Source: Hormiphora californensis (Eukaryota > Animalia > Ctenophora). Taken from it: DNA of 64,000 bases. The translations under genes and the position numbers were made by a program. The notes below the pieces were generated by a model that had not been told where the DNA came from, did no database searches, and was given only the letters and a program-made list of their open reading frames with translations. Each line of letters starts with the position of its first letter. The stretch's first letter is position 1. Positions 12,288 through 25,800 of the stretch are shown one piece after another. The DNA lies in contig CM035352.1 in the NCBI GenBank assembly GCA_020137815.1, forward strand, positions 5,084,001-5,148,000, written 5' to 3'.

Positions 12288-12552
12288 AGAGAGGGACACA
12301 GATTCGGAATGAAAGAGACTGATTTTAGGTGTGCGTGCACAAGGGTTGGTCTTTGTGTACCTTTTGATTTTGTAACCCCCTTTTTCTAACTTATTAAATC
12401 CTGCCACAATATGTTCTCTTTCATTTTGAATCATGGGAGTGGGCGGAATAATTCAAGCAACTAAATTTCACATCGTTAACTAATAAAACGGGTACAAATC
12501 ATAGTGGCTGGGTTACAAGGAAAGCATACCAAGTAAAATTTGCTACTGTAAC

Positions 12553-12824
12553 CAGGGGCGAAGCAAGGCTGAGTCCAGTGGGTCCAGGACCCACTTTTTG
12601 GACGAGAGAGGAGAAGAAAATGAGAAAACTTGCTAAAAAGTGAAAATATCGGCAAAAACAACCAAAAAAAGTGAAAAAATGAACCGATTTTCAATTGAAA
12701 AAGCGAATGCGCGCGAGAAAAAATTATGCGGCAGCGCTGGGTCCGGACCCACCTCGCGCGTTACATTTTCTGCAGCGCTGGACCCAAAATTTTTTTCGTG
12801 AATGAACGCCGCGCACCGCCCCTG
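12553..12824. mobile_element. hAT-type MITE
   Basis: CAGGGGCG...CGCCCCTG termini; 8-bp TSD ACTGTAAC on both sides. Confidence 0.85.
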
Positions 12825-12856
12825 ACTGTAACCCTTGCACTCCACCGTCTTCTATA

Positions 12857-13001
12857 CTCCATTTTTTTCAACTGTTCACCCCCTAAAGTCGTGCGCGGAA
12901 TTGTTTTGCGCGTTTATCACATGTTAACGTGTAGCGCGCGCCACCCAAATTCTAATTTTTATCAAATTTCAGTTTTTGGGTGAACAGTTGAAAAAAATGG
13001 A
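12857..13001. mobile_element. Short MITE
   Basis: TIR TCCATTTTTTTCAACTGTTCACCC / GGGTGAACAGTTGAAAAAAATGGA. Confidence 0.7.
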
Positions 13002-13656
13002 CTTTAATTCACCCCTCCCCCAATTTATCACTACGTGTTTCATTTAACGTGTGAGGATATCTCTGTGATATATCATGAATGAGAGAGAATGAACATGATG
13101 TGATCTTAAAATGTGTTGCCACAGAAAGTCCCAGAAAACTTGGTGTCATGTTCGGAGGGCGCGGTGCCAAAACTACGGTTCGGCACTCACCGCGCGGTAT
13201 TCTGGTCCTGCGCGCACTGAAGTCACGTGACCTAAATAAAGGAGATCTATTGGCGGAGAAGGAGGTGTGATGTAATAGGGACTGGTAAATGGTGAAAACG
13301 GGCAAGGTCGGGGTGTTAGGTGACACTTTCTGTCCTAACCGGTAGTACGTCTACCCGTCGCCCTTACTATCATGGACGGGATTTGGACGGAAATTCAAGG
13401 TCCAAGGATCATGGCCTTTAAGTTTCCTTGAACTTCCGGAAATGACACAATTGGATTCAAGATTTGGATAAATATGAAGTAAAAATAATAAGTTATGCAA
13501 TAAAAATACTCCTCGCATTACTTCCTACTTATAGCCGCCTTGGCCCTCTATCGCTTCTCTAGCTCAATCCACTACCACTTCTCTACATCAACAAGTCGCT
13601 TGTCCCTAAATGTCCCTCATTCATAGTGTGAATCACACTCATCAGTACACTGTGAA

Positions 13657-13826
13657 TCACACCCAGGCGTGCCAACCGACAAAGTGCATAGCTAGGTTTG
13701 CTGGGTCTTGGGCCTTAGCCAGAAGATGGTTGACCTGTCCCTCGACACTTAATGCTAGTCCCTCCTCTATGCCAGTCAGTTTCTGTCTGACCTTGTTTAG
13801 CACCCGCTGGGCTTGGCTGTTGTCAC
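13657..13826 (-). CDS. ATM: ATM terminal exon (FATC domain)
   Basis: Translates GDNSQAQRVLNKVRQKLTGIEEGLALSVEGQVNHLLAKAQDPANLAMHFVGWHAWV*, matching the ATM C-terminus (LSV.GQVN.L...A.DP.NL...F.GW.AWV). Confidence 0.95.
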
Positions 13827-16800
13827 CTGGTGGAGAGTGTTGTTATAATAGTGACAAACTGAGCCATGATATTTGTTGTCACTCAACAAGATTGGTTGGG
13901 AATATATTGAGAACTAATGAGTTGTAACAATAGTTTTGTGCAACTGGGTGACCCCTAACAAGCAGGAACCGACCGGACCAAGTCAATAACCAATCAGAGC
14001 TCGTTATTTAGGTCACGTGACTGGTTATCAGCCAATCAGGGACCAATATTTCCTGATTCGGTCGGTTCCTGCTAACAAGACTTACCGGGTGTGTGATCTT
14101 CTTTCTTCTTCTTCTTCCCTCCTGATGATGATTCCTTTCCCACCACCCAGTTGTAGAGAGGGTCGTGTAGGAACACCTCTAGAATGGATATCAGGAGTTC
14201 CTTACTCGCCTGAATATGGAATTATTGGTAACGGGGGAGCAATACAATAAATTGTATGAATGAAACTATGGTTTTATTGATAAAAGGGGGGTCGGTCAAT
14301 ATCCCGCGGGGGTATTATACCCCCGCTGAAGTCTGAACTTGACTATGTCCCAATAAACCAAGATAAGATCAGAGATTGAAGGAAATGAGATCCTGCAGGT
14401 TCCACTAAACTGTACCTTGAGGGTGGTCATTACTCGCTCACAGGAGTGTCTGAAGACACCCTCAGTGCCCATCACCCCGAGTCCGTCTACCATATCACGG
14501 GTCAAACGGAAGGGAACTCTCTCCGGGATCCTCTGGAACTGGCCCTGATACATATTGGGAACATTGGGAATTGTGATGGTCTTGAAAGTAATACAGAGCT
14601 GCTGGATTTTGATAATATTTGAGTCGCCACAATTGTTTATTCAATGTGTAGAATTGCCTAACTTGATTCTTGACGTATAAAACCACTTACCTGATCAAAC
14701 GCGATGCCCAGGTCAATATGAATCAACTCCCCTGTCCCCTGATCCAGTAGAATGTTGGCCAAATGCCGGTCTCCCAGACCCACTATATGCCCCACAATGC
14801 TGGTAGTCGCAAGGGAGCTAGTATAGGCTGCTTGGGCGGTGTACCATTGGGTAGGATTTGGGTATTGTTCCAGGAAGTAATGACGGAAGATTGGTTTGAA
14901 TTGAGTTGTCAGTCTCAGGTACTCCTGCAGAATGTTGGGAGACAGATGAATCATTGATGTAATGTCGTAATGAGGGTTTAGGTTGTCCTACTGCAGAGGA
15001 GGGGGAGAACATTCTATTGGTGCCAGGGTACTGAATGAGAATCAGCATGAGACGGGGGCGCACTACATGCTAGCACAATATAAACTACATGCTAGCACAA
15101 TATAAACTACATGTTTGAACATGGTCGCGGGTCTATTACACCTGTATACTCATGATAATAACCTGAACAAGTTTTGACGGATCCTCATCTCTACATTTCA
15201 TCATAGCCTTCTTGACATTAGTGTTTGTCATGTCCTTAGGACGGTGTCGGATGTGTGCTGCCTTGTCACCACCGTGGACTAGATAGTTACCAATTGGTAT
15301 TGTGTTATCACACCACTCTATCAGGCCCGAGACTTGGGACAGGGGCAGCACCTGGATATTGTGGGTGTTAGAGACGGGGGGAGATCAGGAATTAGCTGTC
15401 AGAGCATTGGCCTGACCCATTCTCGCGCGAGAACTGTGGTCAGAGCATTGGCATGACAGAGGTGATTAGAGAGGGGTTGTTTTACAAATACAATCAGACT
15501 ACAACCTCAAAGTCGCCTAAAAGAAGTGCAGGGAAGTTAGAAAGAGATTAGAAAAGTTCGAGAGACAACGACTTGGTTTACTAAACACACCTTGTAAGTG
15601 CGAATACGAAGGTTGTCCTTTGAAAGTAGAACGTTAGCAGCAGAGAAGAGCTGTTCCATAACCATATCTTGCCTCATGTCATCATTTCCCTGAAATATAT
15701 ATGGAGATGCAACTGGGGCCCAATGCCATGGGGGGTTTCCGTTTAGGGTACTGAATTGGGTTGAAGAAGTTCCCTGGTCTACATATCCTCCTTACAGGAA
15801 CCGACCGAATCAGGAAATACTGGTCCCTGATAACTGATTGGCTGATAACCAGTCACGTGACCTAAATAACGAGTTCTGATTGGTTGTTTACTTGTTTCGG
15901 TCGGTTCCTGCCTCCTTACCTTCACGAACTGTCTTCTCACAACACCATCAGAACAGTGAGCAAAGGTTGATTTGGGCACATTGATACCACCAGGTGTTGT
16001 GAACCTATTCTCAAATCCAACCAGGGTGGGATACTTTGAATAGTCACCGTTAGCTGTCACCTGTGGGGGGGGGGGGTCTCTGTGTCAGATATAATAAAGT
16101 AGAATAAAGTAGGGGGGAAGTAAAGGGGGGGTGCGACATGTTAATTTTGTTAACTTTGTTAATATTAACATCGAGAAAAGAGGTGATTTATTAACAAAAT
16201 TAACAAAAAGTTAACAAACGTTAACAAATGCCATTTATGCCATCTAAATCACCTTTAGCGCGTGTTTTTGGTATTAAACACTTGTTCTGCGAGCAAAGTT
16301 GTTCCTTCTGCACGATTTGCACACCCCTACTACCTCTACTACGGCTTTTCTACAGCGATTTGTTCCATTATGTAAATTTTGATAAAAACTAGCCAAACTA
16401 AACCGCAATTGAAGTCAATTGACCCTAATCCACATTTTTCAACCCTAAAAACTAAACAAGATTCTTAAACTTAACTTGAAACAAAAAATATCCCAAAAAT
16501 CAATTTTTCTAAAAAAACACAAGGATTTGTAGCGAAGCAAATTTTCAATTTTGGACCAAAAAATTGATTTTGGAAATATTTTGTTGTTTTTTTCAACAGA
16601 AACGTTGTACATCATCTTCTTTCGTCCAAAGAATCGATTATCAATGAAAAAATAACGTTAAAGTGAGATTTTATACGCTAAATTGAAATATTTGTAACTT
16701 TTGGATTTTTATCGATTTTGAGCCAAAAACCCTGTATGTCGGACTTTGGTTATCGGAAGAGGCTTTGTTTGGGTATATATCTATTAGAAAAGTCATTAAA

Positions 16801-19800
16801 CTATAAAATTAAACCAGTTAAAGTCGTATTATCAACCAATAAGAACAGTCTTTCCTGGTTTGTTAACTTTGTTAATTTTGTTAATTAACGTTAATTAACA
16901 AAATCGAAAAAAAGAGGTGATTTATTAACAATTAACATGTCGCCCCCCCCAAGTAAAGTCAGGAAGTTATGGAAGAGTATCATCTCCTCTGAGGAAGTGA
17001 GGAGTCCTCATGCCTGTTGAGTGTTGACCCCCTACACAACAAGCATAACCAGTGCAAACTAAAAACTAGACAGTCAACTGTCTAGATTTTTTTGGATAGT
17101 ATGGGGACGATCCAACAAACTAGACAGTAGACATGTTACCAGTGTACACATATAGACATATCTACATAGATATAAGTTTCAATACCGGTATATCAAGAGA
17201 AAGAACGGGGATACTAGACAGATTGCTTAGTTTCTTGATAGGTTCAGTGTCAGGTATCCTGTATTCTTGATCTGAAACAGGGTTATCAAACATGTCTTTT
17301 TGGAACAGGGAACATGTCTTTTTTGGAAAATCTAGATGCCATTTCTTTTGGTCATGTAGAAATTTGGTCATGTATTCCCATATTATGATACTTTAATTGA
17401 AGTGTGTCTCACCCAATGACTAAATGTATAACTTACTAGGAGTGATGTTGGTGTTTCCACTCTTCTTAGAGAGATAGTTAGCCCACTGCACATACGCATT
17501 ACACAACTGATCTAACTCCTTGATGGCAGTGGACAGCTTCTTCTCCCTCGATAGAGTATCTAGAATCTTAGCGGATACCTTACTTCGAGGCTGTGGGGGG
17601 ACATTGTAGTGAGCGAATTGTGGAACTAGTCTGTGGACTATTATAGTGGAGACTGTACGAACAGTATTTGAACTACACTATATTGTCTTGAACAGCACTA
17701 AAAAAGATTGTCTTAAACTTCAAGACATTCTAGTTAGTGGAAGCTCTTACGGTATTTCCCACGCCCCATGGGAAATACCGTAAGAGCTTCCACTAAGTGC
17801 AGTCTGACGACAGGAACAGATTCAAATGTGATCCGGCTAAATACACGGTTATCATACCTCTACAGGTGGTACTTTCTCTCCCGCCAATTTGGCATCAAGA
17901 TGGGCATTCCGGAGGGCAAACACAGTAGGAAGCACATGGAAAGGGTGTTCTCGGGCAGCACATGTAATTGCCTGAGAATAATATTGGGTTACCATGGCAA
18001 CAGTTTTCGTCTATACAGTGTTGGCCACTGTCTGGCGGTGCCAACCCGATCTAAGCGCACTGAGAATCGAAACGGGGTTTGGCGGCAGATAGAGCAGGGA
18101 GTAGTATAGCCCACACTTTTTTTCTCGCACAGTCCCACCTTGTCTATTCTTGAAACTTCTCGCTCAACCTACCTGTTCAATACTGTCATTGAGACCCCCT
18201 GCGGTTCCCAGCCGCGCTGCTAGTTGGTACATGGGTGGAATGAGCTTGTAGGTTGGTAGTTTGGATATGAAATCAGTTGCTAGGGAGCACACTTCTTTAC
18301 AATCTGTGTTATCAAGAAGCAGGGAGACCAACCTGGGGAGAGAGAGAGAGAGAGAGATATTAGAGGAGCAGAGGAGCAGAGGAGAAGGGGAGAAAGAGAG
18401 GGGAGGGGAAGTGGGAGTAAAGAAAAACGGTTAAATCTGTGTGTAAAAAGGCAGTGTCTTTCGTCTCTCCATGATTATGATTACCAGTAGGCAGTAACCA
18501 GTTCTCGATTCAGCAGTTACCTAAAGATGTGCAGGTCATCAGTGGGATTAGCGGAACTGATACGTAGGAATTTAGCGTAGTGAGTGATGGTCTTTATCAG
18601 ATATTCCTCCTCGTTTTCTTCCATACTTTTAATCTTACTCGCTTCCTCCCTTATCTGGTGGTGGTGGTGGTAGTTATTAAATAATTAGTTAACTAATATA
18701 AGCTAACTCTATCTGATACTGTTCATTCAGTTTTTTATTTGCTACGCAGAAAATTTAGGGTTGCCCCCCCCCCCCTAAGTGTCACATTGCCTTGCTTGAC
18801 CCTGTTCCCCTCCCCCCTCACTAAGTATCAGATAAAGGTACCTGGCCCCCCCTCCCCTCACTAAGTATGTACCACTATCAGATATATACCTGGCCCTCGA
18901 GGTAGTACAACTGCCTTTTATTGTATCCAGCCTTCACACTCTGCCTCAAGTCCGCGTGTTCACTTTGGACGTCATGGGAGCTCAGGTAACTACCTAGTTT
19001 CTGCATCTGCTCATCAGCAAATAGAGCCAAGGCGAGGTGGGCTCTGGCAAGAGTAACCGTATCATTCCTTTCTTCGCACCACCGTACTGCGTCCTGAATA
19101 GAAGGGAGAAAGAGAGGGAGATTCGAAGGTTGAGCTACACAAAACAACGCCATTAGCTTCTGTTTGGACAAAGCTTTGACGTACTTTTCATATTGCCAAA
19201 ACCCAACGTCTAATTCTACCTCAATACAGCAGTCAATGTCAGAGCTTGGTGCCTCCCTCTCAACCAACCACTTTGCCTTGGTCATCAGAAGGTGGGGGTA
19301 GTGGGAGCTGTCCTGGGCCTCCTCTAATAAGTTATCAACTAGTCTGAGAGCCAGGACCTGCTGGTTAGAGCCCCAGCTTAGTAGCGCTTCCTCTCTTCTC
19401 AGGGCGGTCCTTTCTTCAACACTTAGCAGGGAATCCAGGGCAGATCCTGGGGGTAGATTATCAGTAACATGAGTAATTAGGGTTCCAGCTGGCCAAAATC
19501 AGGGTACCGATGGCCTTTTTTTGGCTTTTTTTCCCGCCTTTCATCATTTTCGATTAGTTCTATTAGTACACCCTGTACGCCTCACCAGTATAAAATGTTA
19601 CCTTTTTGGAGGAATCTCTCTGCTTGTGGGTACTGCCCTGCTAATCGGGCGGCAGTAGCACATTCTAACTGTACTTGGACATCTCCCTCATACAGAACAG
19701 AGTTACACGCAAACAGCATCTCCCACCTCTTGTAGTCTCTATTGTTGGGGATTATGATAAAATAATAAAGTCTGGGGGCGATACAAAATAAAAATAAAAT

Positions 19801-22800
19801 CTAGGGGCGAATGAAGGATATTCAATAGATTGATGGCTGTTACACAATACAATAGAAATATTGGATTATTGAGGGCCCACCTGGTGTTATTATTATTACT
19901 AGTCCTCGTCCCACTCAGCTTCCTCTGTAACTCTTCTACAATATGGTGTAGTACAAAGCGATCCCAGGGTGTGGGTGTATCAACAGGGTGTTCCAGGTGA
20001 CACAGGTGATCCCTCGCCTAGATGTGGGACTGTCATTAACCCGGATGTTTCGTTTTCCCCCCCACTTTTTCCATGAGATTATAGTAATCATCATGTTTCC
20101 ATGTACAGATATATTTTGCAGGCGATAGAGTCATTATTCACTTCTCTATGACTTTCAAGTTTACGGTAACACTAACTTTACCACTCCTACCTTGTCGACA
20201 TTGTTGTTTCGTATACCCAGTATTGCCCCGTAAATGTGCCTATGGATCCCCTGATCTGTTTCAAGGGTATCTGAATCCATTGCCCAGTTGCCTATCCTCC
20301 ACGCACACTCATAGTGAACCTCACTCGCCTAGTGTGTGAGATGGTGTTTAGAATTATGGGTTCGTTCAATCGGGGTGCACAGAAAGAGAGAGGTTAGAGG
20401 AAGGGGAGTTGTTTTTGGTTTACACAAGAACTAACAGCTAGTCAATAGTTGAGGAGAAATGGAGTTGTGCAGTAGGAGCGATTTTTGGGGGAAAGAAAAA
20501 ATTAATGACCTTAAATCCGGCTAAACTCACCTGAGGAAGCTTATCAAGAAGGGCTGGAAGTAAGGTGGATGGTGAGGTATGTTTAGCAGCTGTTACCATG
20601 GCAGCCGTATCACCTGTGACGTCAGCATAACAAAGGAGTCGGTACCAGGCGTGTTCAAACTCCAATACTTGTCTCCTACCAATACCACTGGTACACTCTA
20701 GAGCTGATCGGGGAAGGAGTGGTGTTACTATGGTTACAATGCATTGTTACTAGTGTGTGTTACTATGGTTACCATGTATTATTAATAGTGGGTGTTACCA
20801 TGGTTACCATGCATTGTTACTGGTTGGTGTTACCATGGTTACAATGCATTGTTACTTGTGGGTGTTACCATGGTTACAATGCATGGTTACTGGTGGGTGT
20901 TACCATGGTTGTTGAAACCATTCTTAGCCAAACAGACTATTTCAATTTGAAACTGTGCTGTGACGACCTGTGTTACTCGTTTTGCCCCGGTAAGCTGTCA
21001 GAGCATTAGCGGAGCGTGCGAGAACTTTGTCATACACTGACTGTACATCGCGCAACCTCGGCCTTCGGCCCGGTGCGAAGAGGAGGGTCTTATATGAGAC
21101 AACGAGAACTGCGGTCAGAGGATTGGACTGACAGTGACAGCCAGTCAACCAACAAACTTTCCCTCGACTTATGTACAATTTACAAAAAGAAGACCAGGTG
21201 ACGGTCCTGTTGTTTCGAGTTGTTCGTGTTGTTTCGGTCGAGTTACTCATCTGTATCAAGGTACAGTCAGACCCGGACTGTAATTGTACCCCACTGTTTT
21301 TGTAAAGCCCATTACTCGGAGAGGTTACTAATTATTATCTCCCCGATCGTAACGCAACATATATTACAACCGACCCATCTCCTTGACAATTAGGTGGGTC
21401 ACTGAATTTATTGTGAGTCTTTCAGTCTACATTGAATTATTGATATCAATACGACTAATTTTCATCTGGCCATTTTCCGAAACCACCTGACTTTTCTCTC
21501 TTTCGTTGTTCCAATCTAATATATGTTTTCCACATGGCTTCCCCGCACCAATTTAGTTGTTTGCTTATACTAAGTAAAGAAGTTACTAGTTAGAGATTTC
21601 CAAATTGCTGTTTTTCGGAGCATTTACAGACAACAAAATCGGATATATCAAACGAGTGTCATAACAAGAAAAGTGGTCATATATCTCCTGTTCCTGATAT
21701 GAGATGGAGACTTAACGTCCCAATTGCGTTGGAAAGCCTCCAATGCAACCGGAATGATCTTATTTCGAACCGGATTTAGAAAGAAATTCAAAAGAAATTT
21801 AATTTAAAAGCTTTAACAACGACACTTATTTTTTCTCCCCTGCGCCTGGGTGAATGCCGAGGAAGTGCTTATTCTTTCCTGCCAGCCAAATACTCTGTAG
21901 AACTCTGTTTTTTTATAGAATATAGAGCGTAGTACCGTGTGGAACAACAGAGGTGACATATACGTCGCCCCTCGAGTTGAACAAAATGAGATTCTAGGAA
22001 AAATCCGTGAAATCTCACACGTACTTTAAGGTATAATCTCCACTATATTAAGGAATGGTATATTTTGTTTCTTTTTTCTAAGTTTTAGTGTCACTAGGTG
22101 GTCAGCGTCTATAGATTTTCTCCGTTTTGGGCATCCTTCCGTGTTATTATTTGTCAATTATCTTGATTACAGTTCTATAGTAATGGCATGAGGCGACATT
22201 GTCTACTAGTTCTAATTATTGGGATTCATGCCATCCCTGTGAAATGTGGCGTCTACAACTGCAGTGTCACTGAAATCGGTCCCTTTCTCACCGACATATG
22301 CACGACTCGTGCAAACGGATCAGGGCAGACATTTCGGTGTCCCAACTCGAACATCACATTTGAAGCCTACACCAGATTCTCAGCCTCAACTCGTACACAC
22401 TACAACATGGTGACGCGATTATGTCCAAACGATTTAGAAACCTACCAAGCCTGCCTTGCGAAATACCTTTATCAATACGAAGTCTTCTCCTTCAATGATG
22501 GTAACGAAATTCAGCTATTTGATTCGCCACCAGTTTGTGGTAGACTGTGTAGGGGTACCGACGATGAAAGCGCCTACCGGTTTACAGATGACCAACATTG
22601 CCCAGAGGACGCAAGGATTGCGGTTTTTGATAACTACGCCATGTCTCGGCGTCCATATCGCAGCTTCCCAATTTCCTCCAGTCTAGTGTGCGATGGGAAA
22701 TGCGACTATGGGCTTGCGACCATGGGAAACTTCGAAAACATGCCGTGGAGGTGCGTTGATGAGATCGATTGTAATGGTTTGTCGTACGGGATCGTTTTAC

Positions 22801-25800
22801 CCACATCTGGTATTTTCCCGCTAAATATTTCCCCCGGTCCATATATTAACAGCAGAAGGCGGGTGAAAGCTGCACATTTCGAGAAGTATTGTCCATATTC
22901 ATCCTCCCTTTTCAACGACGAAAACGGCAAGACATATCCACTGAACAACCGCACACGTTGTTTCCACATGCGTGAGGATCCAGGTAATCGCTATACCTAC
23001 CCGTACTGTAAGAATGGCCATGATCAGACCAACTGCTCCTACTCGGGGTTTGTAGCGGGACAATGCAAGGTAGACGGATTCCCCACCAACATTTCAACAC
23101 ACATTCTATGTGCAATTGATGTGCCGATACTGTGCGATGACAACCTAGATGGGAAGTGTTTTACCACGGATCGTCATTGTCGTCTGCACAAACACCGACT
23201 TTGTGATGGACACATTGATTGCAACTCGGGTGCGGATGAAAACTTTATGTCTGTAGCAGGCTCACTAAAATAAAGTGTAGACGGAGGATGACCCAGATAA
23301 CATCTCAGCTTCCCATTCCCTACAATTGGGTTCTAGACGGCGTTGTTGATTGTGTGGGAGGGGCGGATGAGGACATTGAAAGCTGGGGGAAATGTGGAAC
23401 TGGGTCAACCAACAGAGTTCAGAAAGATGGGAATTGTAGAGACGTGTTCCTTTGTCGACCGGAGGAGGAAGTCAACTATTTAGAGCTGAAAGATGTTTGT
23501 GCAAGTGCAGTAACGTGTGGAGCAAAAGCCTGTGAGAACTCCAACCCAGCAATTACTCGGTCAGCTTTGTCCGAAACTGTTGAAGGTAACAAGAGGATTA
23601 TACGGAGTGGATGGTGTCAAAAAGGATTGGAAAAATTTAGGCAATTGATAGGCGACCCGTGCACTGTAAAGGATTTCAAATATCCGTTTCATGAATTTTT
23701 TGGGAAAACATTGAAGACTCACTGATGCCTCAAAAATCATACACGATTGCCGCAACTTCTACGGCAAGCAGTACGTCTACCGAAGTTGCAGTGGCCAGTG
23801 TCGAAACGAAAAGTGTCCCCTGAAAAACCCAATCCTGCACTCGTCTTGTGGAAATATGAAAAGGCTACGGTATTCTGTCGCACAAACTGGCGTCACTGTG
23901 GTAGAAAAGGACAGATATGGCTACCATAATGACTTCTTTGCGTGTGATACTAGTCTTTGCATACCTTTTTCCAAGGTTTGTGATTTGGTGGACGATTGCG
24001 GAGATGGGTCAGACGAAGGGAATGTTCAAAACAGCGTGAAATGCAAAACAAACAACAAGATACGTCGCGATAAGCCAAATTTGCGATGGTACAATAGACT
24101 GTCCGATTTTTCCGACGAATGCAATAGCGACTGCAATCGGAATTTCATTGAAAATACCGGGATTATGGTCTGTGCAATGATGATGGGTATATTCGGGGCA
24201 GTGTTGAGTGGGAGCCCACGTCTACAAAAGCGTTTCTTTCGATGAACCCTCCAAGAAGGACAGTTTGTTTGTCAATAAAGTCTTTTCCACCCTCATCGCA
24301 CTTGGTGACCTTCTCACATCAAACCTAACTGATTCTGGTCGCATTTCACTGGGATAACCGAGATAGTTTCTGTGAGAAGCAGCAACTTGGGTCAGCAGCT
24401 GGACTTGCAGGACCCTTGGAATTTTGAGCCCAACCGGCAACCACCATCACATCTTCTCCATGGCTTTAGTCAGCCTCTTCAAGCTCCAGGGATACACACG
24501 TGGTCTGCGGTACCGGAGGTCCAAAGATATCGACCAGAAATTCAAGAGAAAGGTCCTTGTAATGGTTGCTGCTGTCATCATAGCAGTTGGTTTTGCTGTT
24601 GTCCCAATAATTCCCAACTTTGAGGATGGGTTTGTGAACGGGCTGGTCTACGAAGATGCAGTTCAGCTGTTTCTGGGAGTGATGACAAAAGAGAAGTCCG
24701 ACGACTATCCAGGGATACCACGGCACCAGGATGATCAACAAATCTGAAAATAGTCTCTTGGGCGAGGATCAGGAGTATTGTGAGCAGCATGTTTACTACA
24801 GATAACGGTGGGGTACATCACAGAAAGTTGTCCTTCTATGGAAATGATCCGTTTGTCTGTTCAAGTTCTTGTCCTTCCAGATGATCCCCAGGTGACCTTC
24901 GTGTGGCTATACATTTTCCTACATTCATTTGTTTCTTCACCGTGGCATCTGTCACGCTGTCATTGGTGTTCTGGTGGCACGGAGAAGCCCGGTCGAGGGG
25001 AGCGACCTTTCCTCAAAAACTAGCTTGAAAATAATGCTCATCTGTGCCACGGATTTCTGCTGCTGGATGCCCTTCCTGATTGTTGTGCCCTCCACACGGC
25101 CGAGGTGGTCGATATGTCACCATGGTACCAGGTTTCTCTTATCATATTGTCATTAAATTCTGTAATCAATCCACTGCTTTACAACAGCGAAATCTTCAAT
25201 AAAGCACTTGATTTTTGCAGAAGAGCCCTCGCCACTTAAAATCCTGAAATTGGCTATCAAGACAATGTAAACTATCACTAAGTCACGTACAAGAGTACCA
25301 AGAGTTAGGAAATTGTCGGAAATTGGGCCAGATCGCAGGAACCGACCGAATCAGGAAATACTGGACCCTGATTGGCTGATAACCAGTCACGTGACCTAAA
25401 TAACGAGTTCTGATTGGTTTTTTACTTGTGTCGGTCGGTTCCTGCCAGATTGAAACTCCTTTGTTTGCCTTGTTCGAGCCTCTATAGACCCTCTCTCTCC
25501 GTGCCACAAATGTAAAGATTCGGTTAGAACGTAAGAACTCTTTTGAATGAGTCAATTAAAAATATTTGTTTGCTGTTTTTAACTGTTGAGGTCGAGTTAG
25601 GGGCACTGCAGGTGTTGGGAAGAGGTGTCGGGATAAAAAGATGGCCAAAAAGACTGAATCCCTTGCCCACCGGATGCGAAGGCGTGCGTCTGCCGGAACC
25701 TCTTATCCCCAAACTGCCCCGTTGTACAATATAAAACTTTAAAAAAGCCGGTTCCTCCTTCATTTTTCAGTGTTGCTGTAATTGACATGCTTTATGGTTA